A stretch of 64,000 nt of DNA from the human T2T-CHM13v2.0 reference genome, Homo sapiens (GCF_009914755.1 NC_060943.1); one strand, 5' to 3'; counted from the stretch's first letter, positions 40,065 to 64,000 are shown. The notes: generated from the sequence alone by a model not told the origin. Program-made: numbers and translations.

Positions 40065-40199
40065 TAATGACTATGTAGTCATTCAAAAATGGTGGCAGAA
40101 TCGTGTTTGGGAAATATCGGATGGTGAAAAAAGTGAAGGTCTCACAGAACTCTTTTGTTTTGGTTTTTGTTTGTTTTTTGAGACGGAGTTTCGCTCAAA

Positions 40200-40889
40200 A
40201 CGGAGTTTTTGAGTCCAAGGATGTGAACTTGGACTGGGAGGTGTGCAGGAGGGGTGCTGAGTACTAGGTCTGCGTGTCTTGTTCTGGTGGCTGTCTCAAG
40301 CCATGGTCCACCTGGAGTGTGGGCTAGCTGCATCTCAGTAATGGCCTGGTGGTTGACTAACTGCCTTGAAGTAATCTCTGGAATTTTGCAGATAGGTCCC
40401 TATGCCTACCAAGTCTGTCTCAAGATTATCCCCAGGAACTTCTAAGTAAGCACATAATTAGATACTAGCATACAATTAGACAAATGTGCATGGTCTAAGG
40501 GAGTGTATGGTGAGAAGCGGTGGACATGGTATTTCAAAGAAAGTACATTTCAAGGCTGTATTTTAAGACTAATGAGAAGAAAAGATTCTGCAGTAAGGTT
40601 CAAGGTTATATCACAAGACTAGGGAAAAATGAGAAAAAGGAAAAAAACTTTTTCAGGCCAGGCTGTTCAGTTACAAAACTAGTTTTAGAGTTGCAGTGTG
40701 TCCTGTCAGCAGCCATTAAATAAAACTTGTTTCAAGTTACAGCAGGGAGTTTCAGCAGCCAGGCTTCTGGAGAATTACATTTTTGGATCAGGGTTATATG
40801 CCCTGAGTGCTTTTTTTCCCACAGCTCTTTCAACTCTGTTTTAGGTGGGTATGACAAGAATGACCCAATTCATATGATCAACTTTCACA
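40200..40889 (-). mobile_element. ERV1 LTR (MER4-group)
   Basis: Minus strand starts TGTGAAAGTTGATCATATGAATTGGGTCATTCTTGTCATACCC; subfamily uncertain. Confidence 0.6.
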
Positions 40890-41135
40890 CAATTAATAGG
40901 GATCCCTTCTAAATTTGCTAAATCTGCAGGATTTTTGAGTTTCGACTGGGGGGAAAACCCACCAAATCTCAAATCAATACATGTTTATTTTCCTAATACA
41001 AAACAAAATGTTGTTTTCTATTATTTATGTACTATCATAAAGTAGGATGTGAAAAATCTTTGTCAGAGACATGGAGGAAATTTCAATGTGTATTAATAAG
41101 CAAAGAAGCCATTCTGAAAAGGCTACATAGTGTGA

Positions 41136-41465
<330 letters not shown>

Positions 41466-41477
41466 TGACCAAGCAGG

Positions 41478-43020
<1,543 letters not shown>

Positions 43021-43696
43021 TTTGCTAATAGACATCTGCCCACGAAGATCCATGTTCTTCCCTTCCTTGTTCACTTGATATTTGCTACAAAGCAGCCCAG
43101 TCTGTCCACGCTGGAGGCTAGGTATGGCATGGCATGTTCCCAGCAGAACTAGAACTGGAGCATGAACCATGCTGGCTACCACTGCCTGGAGGACCATGCA
43201 CAGTCTATAGTCCCTGGTGGATTCCAGAGCCACCAAGGCATGCAGGAGGCTCCTCCCTGTCTTCCCTCTCTCTGGGCTGCTCATCTGGAACTCCTGAGCT
43301 CAGGTGATCCGCCCACCTCTGCCTCCCAAAGTGCTGGGATTACAGGCATGAGCCACCATGCCCAGCCTGGGCACCTCATCTGATTTAGGACCCTGGAATA
43401 GAATTGCTCTGAGAATTATCAATGAAGGAATAGATTTTACCCCTGCATCTGCTGGTTCCATTGCCCCTCATCCGGCTCCCAGGAAAGCTTTGAATTGTGG
43501 GCAAAACCAGGTGGCACTGGCAGAGACATTCTTGGGGTTGGTGTCTCCCCTAAAACACACTGTGCCTTCTAGAGAGGTTCCCTAGAAGTCGCGATCTTTG
43601 CTGAGAAATATCCACACATGCTTTGCCACATTGTCAATCATAGGAACATGCTGCCCAACAAATATTTGTGGCATAGTAAAATGTTTTTAAAAGCAG

Positions 43697-44005
43697 TTGC
43701 TATGGATTGAACGTATCCCCCCCCAACTCCCCGCCATCAATTCATGTGTCCTGATGTGATGGTATTTAGAAACAGGCCTTCTGGAGGTGATTAGGTCATG
43801 AGGATAGAGCCCTCATGCATGGGATTAGTGCCCTTACAAGACGAGACAGAAAAGAGCTTCCTCTCTCTCTCAGGAATAATGGTGCTCAGGAGAACCCAGC
43901 CATACTGGCACCCTGATCCTAGACTTACAACTCCCAGAACTGTCGGAAATACATGTTTGTTGTTTAGGCCACACAATCTGTGGCAGACAAGCTAACTAAA
44001 ACTGC
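43697..44005 (+). mobile_element. MLT1-type LTR
   Basis: tgctatggattgaacgtatccc...gattaggtcatgagg...gggattagtgcccttac. Confidence 0.7.
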
Positions 44006-44398
44006 AGTCTTGCAGGCTAGTGTCTCCCTAGTTAGGATTTGATCTCAGAGCCTCAAGGGCTGGGCATGGCTCTTGCCTCAAGGATTGAAGTTGCAGGGAG
44101 GGACATGGAGGCCTGTCCAGGACCTGGGAGTTGTGCCTTGGTACAGTGCCCTGGCCGCTCTGTCCTGTGCCCCCGGGGCTGCCCATCCCATGTGTGATTC
44201 CTACTGGCTGCACTGTGCAGGCAGGACCAAGCTGTCGGCTTGAGAAATGCTTTGCACTGTCCCAATTTCTAATATACACACTGACTTTTGCCTTCTCACA
44301 TTGTCTGTTCTAATTTTTAAAATTTAATTTAGGAAAGATGGAAACTGAAAGGAAGGGTTAGAAGACCTGAGTCTGAGTTCAGTTCATCCTCAACATAG

Positions 44399-44545
<147 letters not shown>

Positions 44546-45080
44546 TAGCTGGGACTACAGGTGCCCACCACCACGCCCAGCTAATTTTTTGTATTTTTAG
44601 TAGCGACAGGGTTTCACCATGTTGGCCAGGATGGTCTCGATTTCCTGACCTCGTGATCCACCCTCTTCAGCCTCCCAAAGTGCTGGGATTACAAGCGTGA
44701 GTTACCATGCCCGGCCCAGGCTAATGTTTTTTTTTTAACAGCTTGACTGAGATTTATTTCATTTAGTGCAAAGTTCACTCTTTTAAAGTATGCAGTTCAG
44801 GCCAGGAGTGGTGGCTCACATCTGTAATCCCAGCACTTTGGGAGGCTGAGGTGGGCAGATCACTTGAGGTCAGGAGTTCAAGACCAGACTGGCCAATGTG
44901 GTGAAACCCTGTCTCCACTAAAAATATAAAAATTAGCTGGGCCTGGTGGTGGATGCCTGTAATCCCAGCTACTTGGGAGGCTGAGGCAGGAGAATTGCTT
45001 GAACCTGGAAGGCAGAGGGCCAGGCATCGTGGCTCACGCCTGTAATCCCAGCACTTTGGGAGGCTGAGGTGGGAGGATCA

Positions 45081-46590
<1,510 letters not shown>

Positions 46591-46924
46591 CGCACCGTTT
46601 CACTCACTCTTGCCTCTTTGCATTCCCACAGCCCTTGGTGTCCACTTGCTACCTCTGGCCGTGTTTCTTAGCTCCTTGCCTGTGGGCCTGTTTCCCTCAA
46701 GAGAGCTGGAACCTGACGGCGATGAGTGTGTATTTCTTTTTTGTGTGGAGACGGGGACTCACTATGTTGTCCAGGCTGCTCTTGAACTCCTGGACTCAAG
46801 CAATCTGCCTGCCTCATGCTCCCAAAGTGTTGGAATTACAGGCATGAGCCATCATGACTGGCCTGGATGAGTGTGTTTTACTTATTTTATTTAATTATTT
46901 TATTTATTTATTTTATTTAATTAA

Positions 46925-47173
<249 letters not shown>

Positions 47174-47400
47174 TAATCTCACCAGGAAAGTTTTGCTTCA
47201 TGAAAGCTATTCCCTGGCTAGTCTGGGAGATGGCCCCCCAAAACTACTTGTGCGGTATTTCTGGTCAGGAGCAAGAGAAGAAAATCCTGACAAGTTCTCT
47301 TAACCCTTAACAAAGTTGGATTCTATTCTATTTTCCAATTAAGTTATAATTATTCATCAACTATGAGAGCCAATAAGCAAGAGTTGCTATATCATGTGGC

Positions 47401-47406
47401 TTTATT
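47401..47406 (-). terminator. C19orf18 AATAAA poly(A) signal
   Basis: TTTATT about 145 nt past the stop codon. Confidence 0.7.
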
Positions 47407-47548
47407 TTCTGGGATACAGGTCTGGCATTTCTTTCTTTGATGTCCTCTTCCATAAGGTTCTCTGGGAGCAAGCCACGCCCACAGGCTCAGTCTCCCAGCA
47501 CCCCCATAGTTTCTCCTCTGCCTCAGCCGGCACCTCTGTCGTCTGCGT

Positions 47549-47683
<135 letters not shown>

Positions 47684-48220
47684 TTATTGAGATAGTAATA
47701 AGTGAGGAATAAAAATGGAGACAAAAGGGGTGAGGGAAAAAGCCTGGAAAAATAGAGGTACCAACAGTGGAATTTTCAGAGGATTCATAATGAATGTTAT
47801 TTGTCTGACAAGGATGGTGAAAATTAAATTTTAAAATTATTTTCCCATATTTTGTATTCAAGTTGTATAAATGCCCAGTAAAAGAAGAAGAAGAATGTAG
47901 AAAATTTATAATCCAATGTGGTAAAGAGACATTGGGAAAATGTTTTCTACAGGTTATGACAAAGTCCTCTGCCTCAGTGAGCATCAGTGATCTCTCCTGC
48001 TGTGGCTGTTCTGCCTCTTTCTGGCTATGTCTGGAGTTTTTAGAGAGTGAGTCCATGTGAGGATGGTTAGTATGTCTGAATCACACACTACACTCTCTAT
48101 AGTTTTCTCTCTAGAATTTTTTAAACAGGTACCCACGAATCTCAGAACTTCTAGGCTGGGCTCAGTGGCTCACACCTATAATCCCAGCACTTTGGGAGGC
48201 CAAGACGGGAAGATCTCTTA

Positions 48221-48653
<433 letters not shown>

Positions 48654-48846
48654 TTAACTGAGCCCAGGAGGTTGGGGCTTCAGTGAGCTGATATTGCACC
48701 ACTGCACTCCAGCCTGGGTGACGTAGTGAAACTCTGCCTCAAAAAAAAAAAAAAAAAGAAAAAAGAAAAAAAAGGCCAGGAGCGGTGGCTCACACCTGTA
48801 CTCCTAGCACTTTGGGAGGCCGAGGCGGGTGGATCAATTGAGGTCA

Positions 48847-49150
<304 letters not shown>

Positions 49151-49184
49151 TTACAAGGTCAGGAGATCGAGACCATCCTGGCTA

Positions 49185-49419
<235 letters not shown>

Positions 49420-49843
49420 TCAATTTCATCCTCTTCTCACAAGGACAGCAGAACATGTCTGTGGTGGGCATGGCATGCTGGGAAATTTTACCCTGGGGTA
49501 GTGACCTCTATTTTGTGGGTCTGGATCCCATTTTCACGTCAGATGGAGACAGATGGTGCAGGTGAAACATCTGCGTGTCTGTGTTCTGAATGCAGGATAA
49601 CATCACGGTAATGAGTATGTTTAACGGAAACATGTTTTGTGCTGGGAAAAGTTTGTTTCCTGAACTCTGTTAGATCCGTGGAATTGCCCTGCAAAAGGAA
49701 CTGAGCAACCCCACAGCTGTTCACCCCTCTGTAAGATTTGATGAGAAAGGTTCATTTCCGTAAGTGTGGCTGTGAATATTTGTCTCTCTTACTTCAAACT
49801 CCCTTAACTCCCACTTATCTTTGCCTTTGAAAACCAAGCCACA

Positions 49844-50628
<785 letters not shown>

Positions 50629-50799
50629 CTAATCATGGTCAGCTCTCAACTGTCTACATGGTCAGGCCATTTCCTGGAGTAAGGAGTAACTCCGATCATC
50701 CCAAAGCATGGATCAAAGCCAGGACTAGACGTGAACAAGGCACTCACATTGGGTTCCAAACTTAAGGTGTTGACAAAAAATCCATAATCAAACAAATCA

Positions 50800-50993
50800 T
50801 CTTTCTTTCCATTCCTTTCTCTTCTCTTTTTCTTTCTCTTTTTTTTCCTTTTTCTTTCTTCTTTCCTCTCTTTCCTTCCTCCCTCCCTTCTTTTCTTTCC
50901 TTTTTCTTTCCCTTTCTCTCTCTCTCTCCCTTTCTCTTTCCCTTTCTCTCTCTGTATCTCTCCCTTTCTCTTTCTCTCTCTCTTTCTCTCTTT
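50800..50993. repeat. CT-rich simple repeat (tail of an antisense AluJ, 50994-51282)
   Basis: Directly visible. Confidence 0.9.
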
Positions 50994-51582
50994 GGAACAG
51001 GGTCTCATTCTGTCACCCAGGCTAGAAGTGAACTGATACAATCATGGTTCACTGCAGCTGCCAACTCCTGGGTTCAAACAGTCTTACCTGCTCAGCCTCC
51101 TAAGTAGCTGGGACCACAGGCTCGTGGCACCATGCCCGGCTAATTATTTTTGTATTTTTTTTTTTAGAAATTGCGTCTTGCTATGTTGCCCAGGATGGTC
51201 TCAAACTCCTAGGCTCAAGCTGTCTTTCCTCCTTGGCCTCCCAAAACACTGGAATTACAGGTGTGAGCCACTGTGCCCGGCCATAATCATGTTTCAGTGT
51301 AATATTTTACAAAATAAAAATTAATGTCAAGAAATCCGTGATGAACAAAATAGGACAGAATGGGTGTTACTGATTTTTCTACCTCACTGTAGGTCCAATC
51401 CTGGAAGTGGATCACTGAACAGCTATTTCTGTTTGGTGTGGAAATGGATGACAGTGTTTTCCTAACATACTTACCTTCCCAGTACTGTGTGAATTATATA
51501 TTAAAAAAATACTTTTAGGGGCCAGGCGCGGTGGCTCACGCCAGTAATCCCAGCACTTTGGTAGGCCGAGGCGGGCAGATTA

Positions 51583-51824
<242 letters not shown>

Positions 51825-51889
51825 TTAGGGTTAGTTTATTTTTTGTTTTTCTTGCTCAAAAGGCTGGGACAGGAGCAAGATTTGAGTGA

Positions 51890-52153
<264 letters not shown>

Positions 52154-52570
52154 TAGTACAGATGGGGTTTCTCCATGTTGGTCAGGCTGGTCTCGAACTC
52201 CCAACCTCAGGTGACCCGCCCACCTCGGCCTCCCAAAGTGCTGGGATTACAGGCGTGAGCCACCGCGCCCGGTCCTTAACTCAGTATTTTTAAAAATTGA
52301 AATGAAGCAAAAAAAACAAAATCCAGGATATACCAAATATCAAGATTGTAAACAGAGATAGGATCCAAACAGTGCTGTGCTAAACCACAGGGGAGCTTGA
52401 GTCAAAAGGAAAGGTGTGAGTCCCTATACACGTTTTAATGTATTTTTAAATGCTTATTCTTTTCCAAAACACTTAAGAAGTTCAGAATATATTTAATAAT
52501 TGAAAACTGGTGTATGAAAAGTCACAACATTAAGTTTAAATATTTTATCTAGGCCAAGCACAGTGGCTCA

Positions 52571-52834
<264 letters not shown>

Positions 52835-53414
52835 CTAAAAAAATAAAAATAAAAATAAATATTTTATCTCTACCCTAAACAAAATTAATTGTAATTTTAC
52901 TTTCCTGGTTTAAATAAAAGCAAACTTACCAATAGTATTTTCAAAATCTACTTCTGGAAAAAATGAACCACTAAAAATTACATAAAACTTGTACTTTTGA
53001 ACAGGTGGTTTTGTTTTTTTTGTTTGTTTTCGTTTTGGTTTTGGTTTTGGCCCCAGGCTCCACTATAGCTTAGTGCTAATACAAATGTGAAAACAATAAG
53101 AATTGACTAGCTCAGCAACTCAATTCAACACTGAGTGTCCAGGAGATATGTTTTACTGAGTTGCATTACAAAACTTTATATTTATTAATAGTTTTGTTAT
53201 AATAATGAAATATACAGAAGCTACAGTTACATAATTTTTGTTTTTGAGACATGGTCTCACTCTGTCGCCCAGGAGGAAGTGCAGTGGTGCAATCTCAGCT
53301 CACTACAACTTCCACCTCCAGGGCTCAAGCCATCCTCCCACCTCAGCCTCTTGAGTAGCTGGGACTACAGGTGCGTGCTACCACACCTGGCTAATTTTTG
53401 TATTTTTTGTATAG

Positions 53415-53621
<207 letters not shown>

Positions 53622-53979
53622 TAATGTCACTTTGCCTTCATGTGACCTACTCCAAGGTGGTCTTAACATAGCTGCCTCAGAAAATATCTCACACATGGCA
53701 ATATATCTTGTTTTCACACTTAATTCAACGAAGCAAGCAATTTTGTACTTCTCAAGCTGTTTCTGGTGGGATACAATGGAATCCTAGCACGGAATCATAC
53801 AGTAGGAGTCAGAATCTGTTGGTTTGGTCAGAACCGCATGAGATCACAGTGTGTCTCACCTTTTTCTACCGTGAATTTCAAAATGATTACATCACTCAAA
53901 ACAGCTTGACCCCAAGCTTTATTTGCGAAGACGGTGATGTAACTTCCCCCAAAGCTGCTATCACCCCAGACTGCACTGA

Positions 53980-54474
<495 letters not shown>

Positions 54475-54879
54475 TGAGGTCTGGAGTTCGAGACCAGCCT
54501 GACCAACATGGAGAAACCCCATCACTACTAAAAATACAAAATTAGCCTGGCATGGTGGCGTATGCCTGCAGTAATCCCAGCTACTTGGGAGGCTGAGGCA
54601 GGAGAATTGCTTGAACCCAGGAGGCAGAGGTTGCAGTGAACCAAGATCCATACCATTACACTCTAGCCTGGGCAACAAGAGCGAAACTCCGTCCCCTCCC
54701 CTCCAAAAAAAGTAGAAAAAATAAAATAAAATAAAATACTGAATTTTGGGAGGATGCTAGCATCTCAAACTGTGTCTTTCAAGCATTTTTGATCATGACT
54801 CCCAGTAAGAAATATATTTTATTTCACAACCGTGTGTCTGTGTGTGTGTGCATGTCTCACATGTATCTGAAAAGTTTAA

Positions 54880-55128
<249 letters not shown>

Positions 55129-55475
55129 TAGCCAGGATGGTCTCGATCTCCTGACCTCATGATCCACCCGCCTCGGCCTTCCAAAGTGCTGGGATTACAA
55201 GCGTGAGCCACCATGCCCGGCGTAATATTTTCTAATATTTTCTATTCTGCTGAATTGTATTCTGTCCTGTGTCTTTCTTTCTTTTTTTTTCATGTGTATC
55301 ATGCCTCAACATGAGTACAATCCACATGTTGAAAAACACTAATCTGGAAATTTATAATGACCAATACTTTAGCAATTATAAGATGTATCATCATCATCCT
55401 TTGACATTAAATAATAATCAGTTGACTTGTTATGTCTCATTTAAGGACAGCAGATATTACTTAGCAGATACTTAC

Positions 55476-55606
<131 letters not shown>

Positions 55607-56349
55607 TCAAAAATGTTCATTTTAGCTATGTCTTTCAGTTAATATATTTGTCCTTACAGAGGGGAATGGAAGTCAAAACCAGAAACACTTTCAAAAATAG
55701 CTTGTTTTGTTTTTTTTTGTTTTGTTTTCTTTTTTGACACTGAGTCTCGCTCTATCACCCAGGCTGGAGTGCAGTGCATGATCACAGCTCACCGCAACTT
55801 TCGCCTCCCGGGTCCGAGCAATTCTCCTGCCTCAGCCTCCCAAGTAGCTGGCACTACAGGCATGCGCCACCACACCTGCCTAATTTTTTTGTGTTTTTGT
55901 AGAGATGGGATTTTGCCACGTTGCTCAGGCTAGGACTCTTAATTTTAGAAAATACTGAAGTTAGATTTTCAGTGAGCCGAGATCATGCCACTGCACTCCA
56001 GCCTGGGCAACAGTGTGAAACTCCGTCTCAAAAAAAAAAAAAAGAAAGAAAACTGAAACAGACCATTGGGGATTGGGCATCCAAGAGGTCACTAGAGACC
56101 TGGGCAGAGGCCATATTAGCTGTGTGGTGGGGACACAACTGAAGCAGTTTCAGGAGGGAGTGAGAAGAAAGTAACTGTAGACCATGAATTTTGAAAATTA
56201 TTTTGGGGAACTTTGTATAAAAGAAAGAAGAGAAATGGGCACAGCTCCTGGAGGAGTCTAAGGGATCGAGAGATGGATTTTGTTTTTTAACATGTGAACA
56301 CTGGCAGCATGTTCGTGAATGGGAATGAAAGAGTGAATCGTGATACTAC

Positions 56350-57300
<951 letters not shown>

Positions 57301-57659
57301 GCATGCAGGAAAGGGAGAGGGAATTGTCAGGAAAGTCCTTGAGTTGGCCTAAGAGGATGGAAGCTGGGACACAGGCCAGCCTTGGCATGGACGGTTCAAT
57401 TTCCAGCAAGAGACAGAGAAAGGAGGTGTGATTGCTGGTAGACAGGAGGGTGTGGATACTGTCTTTTAACTGCTTGTATTTTGTTTGTGAAGGAGGCAAA
57501 CAAGGTCATTCTGGGAGAGCAAGGCTGGGGTAGAATACATTGAGATATTTACAGAGCTAGAGAAATATATGAGAAAGTCACCAAGCAGGATGGGAGAAAT
57601 AGACTAGGAAAATGAATAGCATATTTTTAATAAAATTTACTAGAAATGGAATTGCTGGG

Positions 57660-58197
57660 TGTATTTATTATATTTTCTTATTTTCCGTATTCCTGATGCT
57701 CTGGCATTTGGGGCCTTAATCCTGGAGACCTCCCTTCCCAGGGCTAGCTATTTCCTAGAGACAGCGAATAACTCCCCTACAAGCACATCTTTGAAATACA
57801 AACCAACCAATCCACAGCCCACACCCCAACCATCTCCTTTTCAAACTCACACAATAAGCCAATCTCTCCCTGCCTGCCCTAAATCACCCCAGGGCCAAAT
57901 ACTGGACAACTAGAAACCATCCCTATGATTTACCAAAACTATTCAAATCTATATTTGCTCAGAGTACCTGCCATGCCTCACCCATTCCTTCCCTCAGAAA
58001 CCCCAGTAGAGGCGGGGACCTTGCTCACCCTCACTCCCTGTGCTTCCTGAGGTTACCGGTGTACCCGTGTGTGGTGGGCCATGTCTCCTGTTTCCAGGAA
58101 TCTATAAGTATAAACTTTTTCCTTCATGAAGATCATTTGCATGTCTGGGAGTCTTGCCATAACTGATTAAAATAAATCCCCCAGGTATATTTCAACA
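57660..58197 (+). mobile_element. ERV1 LTR (MER39/MER34 group); a related copy lies at about 60057-60900
   Basis: Shared ctgatgctctggcatttggggcctt...cccagggctagc..ttcctagagatag motifs; subfamily uncertain. Confidence 0.6.
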
Positions 58198-58283
58198 CTC
58201 TAGGTTAAAAAGTAATTGCCAGCCGGTTGCGGTGGCTCATGCCTGTAGTCCCAGCACTTTGGGAGGCCGAGGTGTGCGGATCA

Positions 58284-58857
<574 letters not shown>

Positions 58858-59018
58858 TTATGAGAACTGTCAATTGCCCTCTCTAGAAGTTGTGCTCACT
58901 GCTAGCCTACAAACAAGACATGAGATTATGTTTCCCAGCTCCTTTGCCAATACAGTTATGAGACATTTTGCCCACTTTCAACAGGATAGCTGAAAACTGG
59001 AATTACAGTGTAGTTTTA

Positions 59019-59481
59019 TGAAATTAAATTATTCAAACTTAAACTAATTTAAACTTAAAGCTGTTGGAACTTTGAACTACTCTGAACCTGAGAGCAATGT
59101 GGCTATGCAGCCTGAATCACAAGGATGCAGTGGCAACTTCTGCCTTTTTTCCTGTAAATAAGAAGATCAAGAGGTGCCAGCTGTGAGAGCCCCCTCAGAT
59201 GGCTTCCCCTCCTCACAGAGCAATAATCTTCCTTGGAACGTTGCCGTCTATAACCAATCAAATAGCTGTAACTTATGCACTCGTCTCATATGGAAAATGT
59301 TACAATCCTGCTACAATGTCAGTCTCTGCACATATAAGTGAAACCATAACTTCTCCTCTTTGGAAATGCTGTCCCCATTAGTTTGGAGTCAGTGTCTCGT
59401 GGGTGGACATCCTCAAGCTTTGTGCTCAAATAAACTCTGTACTTAATCATATTTGTCGAACTTCATTATTTAAGCTTGGCA
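59019..59481 (+). mobile_element. ERV LTR (LTR47-like)
   Basis: aaagctgttggaacttt...gtggctatgcagcctga...ctcaaataaactct; family assignment tentative. Confidence 0.5.
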
Positions 59482-60419
59482 GTTTCAATGCACAATTCTT
59501 ACTATGAGTAAGGTAGACATCTTTCCATATAATTTTTTTTTTTTTGTTACAGAGTCTCGCTCTGTTGCCAGGCTGGAGTGCAGTGGTGCGATCTCTGCTC
59601 ACTTCAACCTCAGCCTCCCGGGTTCTCCTACCTCAGCCTCCCGAGTAGCTGGCCTCCACCATGCCCAGCTAATTTTTGTATTTTTAGTAGAGATGGGGTT
59701 TCACCATGTTGTCCAGGCTGGTCTCAAACTCCTGACCTCAGGTGATCTACCCACCTCAGCCCCCCAAAGTGTTGGGATTACAGGCATGAGCCTGTACTGC
59801 ACCCGGACCATCAACTTTATTAGATAAACAATTTTGTCCCGTCTCTATCCTACCTACAACTGGGACCTGAAGCTCAGGGGTGGCAGAGGTCTCAGTGACC
59901 TTCTAGCACCAGCACACAAAACGAGCTAGTGTCAAAAGAAGGACCAGTGTGCAGGCCTTTGATACCCCAGCCAGGACTCAAGCTCTGTGCTTTGGTGATG
60001 GTGGTGTCAATGGGCAGGTGAAACAGTCATAGCTGAGCTTTAGGAAGATTGATAATGTGTTTGGCGTGGATGGATGTATTCATCACGTTTTTTATTTTCT
60101 GTATTTCCTGATACTTTGACATCTTGGGGCCTTAACTGACCCTTGAAGAGACTGCCCTCCCAGGTCCAGCCAATTCCTGAAGATAGTAAACCCTGGCCTG
60201 CAAGTGCACCTTTCATGTGCAAGCCGACACACCCAAAGCCTACACCCCAACAATCTCTATGGAGCCCTCATGCTCCAGGCCACCATCCCCTGCCCCCAAC
60301 CACCCCAGGGCCAGGTCCCAGACAACCAGGGACATACCCCATGCCCCACAGCCACCAAATCACTCAAGCTGATCCCAAGCCCGCCTTCCCTACCTGCCTT
60401 CCTGTAAAAACCAGAATAA

Positions 60420-60761
<342 letters not shown>

Positions 60762-61407
60762 TGATAGACCCTGGTGCTTCCTTGTGTGGACTCCTGCTTC
60801 TAGGGACCCGTGAGTATCAGGCTTCTTCCTTCATGACAGTCATTTCTGTGTCTGCATGTCTCACTCAGCATATGTGATTAAATAAAATGCTGGCTACATG
60901 TGAAAGCAGTGGAGATGGGTAGGTGGTGGGGGAGCTGACTCAGAAGCCGCCCTGTTGCAGGCACTTAGCAAATGTGCAGAGGAGAAGGAAGGATGCTCTG
61001 GGGCGGGAGCAGCAGCAGGACACAAGGTGCCTTCTGCTTTGGAGGACTCTGAAGCGAGAGGTGTTGAGGAGGTTCCAGGACAAGCCACAGTGGGGAGAGT
61101 TGCTAGAAAGGCTGCTGACAGGGCCGCTGTGTGTGCCCATGCATTTTGTGTGTTCCACAAAGAGATCTCAGACACAGCCTGTGCTCTACTCACTACAACA
61201 TCAGCCCGTGGAGTTGAGCCACCTTCTCACCTGCCCCAAGCGGTGTCACTGCGCATCCCCCTCCAGAGGGGGCACCTTGTCTAACACACATGAAGGCACC
61301 ACGTGTGCAGGCTCCTTGGTGACCAGCCAGCACCCTCTGGAGCCACACATCACGACAGCTTCAGGAATGTTGCGGGTCCACCCGCCCTCCCAGATCCCTT
61401 GGCTTAC

Positions 61408-61449
61408 CTTTATTCCTCAGGAATTTCATGGGGTTCGTAGGGGATGCAG
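61408..61449 (-). CDS. C19orf18: C19orf18 exon 3 (AASPTNPMKFLRNK)
   Basis: ccttttag|CT ... AAAG|GTAAGC, 42 nt, phase 1-1. Confidence 0.88.
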
Positions 61450-62089
61450 CTAAAAGGCCATCAAAGGGGATCAAAAAGAAGAGACTTTAAGATGGTTTAA
61501 GATGAACTTGGGAAAACAAGGAAATAACTTAGCATTAGAGAAGGACGCCGAACACACAGCTTCCAAATATCTAAGATGGGATGTGTTAATACATTCCTCC
61601 CAATGCCTGGCAGCAATGTGTGGGTTAATTTGCAGAAGCCTGGTGAGCCTGCTGTTCTTTTTGCACCTGGTGCTTCCTGTCATGAAGAATGACCTTTAGG
61701 AACAGGATACTTTTGGTTTCTGGTCTCCTTTTGCAGTCATACAAGTTGGGAAATCTCTGCCCAAATTAAGGACCTGGAGAGACTTAGAGTTGAAGGGGCT
61801 ACGACCTCATTAGAAGGTCAGCAAGGGTTGGGCACAGTGGCTCATGCCTGTAATCCCAGCGAGGAAGGCAGATCACGAGGTCAGGAGTTCGAGACCAGCC
61901 TGACCAACATGGTGAAACCCCGTCTCTACTGAAAATACAAAAATTAGCTGGGCATGGTGGCACGCGCCTGTAGTCCCAGCTACTCAGGAGGCTGAGGCAG
62001 GAGAATTGCTTGAACCCGGCGGTGGAGGTTGTGGTGAGCCGAGATTGCGCCACTGCACTCCAGCTGGGTGACAGAGTGAGACTCCGTCT

Positions 62090-62134
<45 letters not shown>

Positions 62135-62481
62135 AGAGAGCCAGGCAGAGAGGCCAGGGAACCAACAATAGTGTCCTTTCCTCGGACACAAATTACATGC
62201 AAATGTATCACACAGACAGCATTTCCCTTGCATGGAATGGAGATTATTTACAAGCATCATATATCTCCACAAAGGGTTGCTGAGCTTCAAAGATTGTCGG
62301 GGTTGGTTTTGCTGTTATAAGATAAACAAACATCCTCTAGTACTCAAATTAGAAGGGAACCATAGAAAATGCTTATAAAGAATTCTCGGCTGGGCATGGT
62401 GGCTCATGCCTGTAATCCCAGCACTTTGAGAGGCCGAGGCGGGCGGATCATGAGGTCAGGAGATCAAGACCATCCTGGCTA

Positions 62482-62721
<240 letters not shown>

Positions 62722-62923
62722 CTAGACTTGCATGCTCTACTGCCAAATGTGCACCAAATTCAAGTCAGACAGGCATACCTGTGTAATCTGGATGGGATCA
62801 AGGTTTTTGTGTGCGCTTATTAAAGTGAAATGAAAAAGAGAAGAAAGTGGCAATCCCTAAAGAGAAAGCAGTTAACAGAGAGTGAAGAGCATAAGATCTA
62901 ATTTCCAAGCAAATGTTTATCTA

Positions 62924-63397
<474 letters not shown>

Positions 63398-63681
63398 TTA
63401 TCCCGTAGATGAAAGGAAATACTTAGCTACAGTCCAGCATCTGTCCTCTATTTATCTGAGGAATCAAGAAGTTCTACTCCCTTCAGAATGTTTGGGCAGT
63501 GACTTGGAGCCACCAGTGTGAGGTCAGTCCTTGCTGTGATAATGGAGTTCCTTCATGGAACCATGCTGACCAATGGGGAGACTACAGTGTAAGAGGGCAG
63601 TGCTTGGAGGTGCAGGCATGATGAGACCAGGTCCCTGCCTGCAGTGTGCAGATTAGTGAGGAGGCAGAAAGAAATCAATTA

Positions 63682-63755
63682 CAGTCAGCCCTCCGCATGC
63701 ATAGTTCCCCATCCGTGATTTCCAACAACCTCACTTGGAAAATGTTCAGGAAAAA
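63682..63755 (+). mobile_element. TcMar-Tigger DNA transposon end fragment
   Basis: TA-CAGTCAGCCCTCCG...CATCCGTG...AACAACC. Confidence 0.5.
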
Positions 63756-63798
63756 AGGAATGGGCACGGTGGCTCACGCCTATGATCCCAACACTTTA

Positions 63799-63999
<201 letters not shown>

Positions 64000-64000
64000 A

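Noticed and set aside
38229-40078. Dense overlapping ORFs up to 253 aa in GC-rich sequence
   Set aside because: Lie within a MER52-like LTR; GC richness suppresses stop codons; no domain similarity.
40708-40726. CAGCCATTAAATAAAAC resembling the RPL19 3' end on the opposite strand
   Set aside because: Short AT-rich match inside an LTR; likely coincidental.

Overview
Human (primate) genomic DNA, very Alu/LTR-rich, recognisable as the 19q13.43 KRAB zinc-finger cluster. Four genes lie on the minus strand. (1) 5' part of ZNF417: ATG exon and KRAB-A exon; the finger exon is off the left edge. (2) Complete ZNF418: 676 aa from MQ + KRAB-A + finger exon with 16 tandem C2H2 fingers, and probably a spliced 3'UTR. 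(3) Complete ZNF256: 627 aa, 14 tandem fingers. (4) Complete six-exon C19orf18 CDS: 215 aa single-pass membrane protein. There is also an RPL19 processed pseudogene. The three ZNF genes are tandem copies of one ancestral unit, each carrying different ERV LTR insertions. The most notable observations are: a 36-nt tRNA-Gly(TCC) 5' half with a short leader, inserted without a poly(A) tail but with a TSD inside a young AluY; an L2-derived ZNF418 exon that stops the ancestral ORF and restarts it through an overlapping TAATG; a TE-built, NMD-type ZNF418 3' end; and sorting/ITIM-like motifs plus a stop-free in-frame intron in C19orf18. Gene identities and repeat-family names are from recognition or memory, not database searches. 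Almost all other ORFs in the supplied track are Alu, LTR or antisense artefacts.
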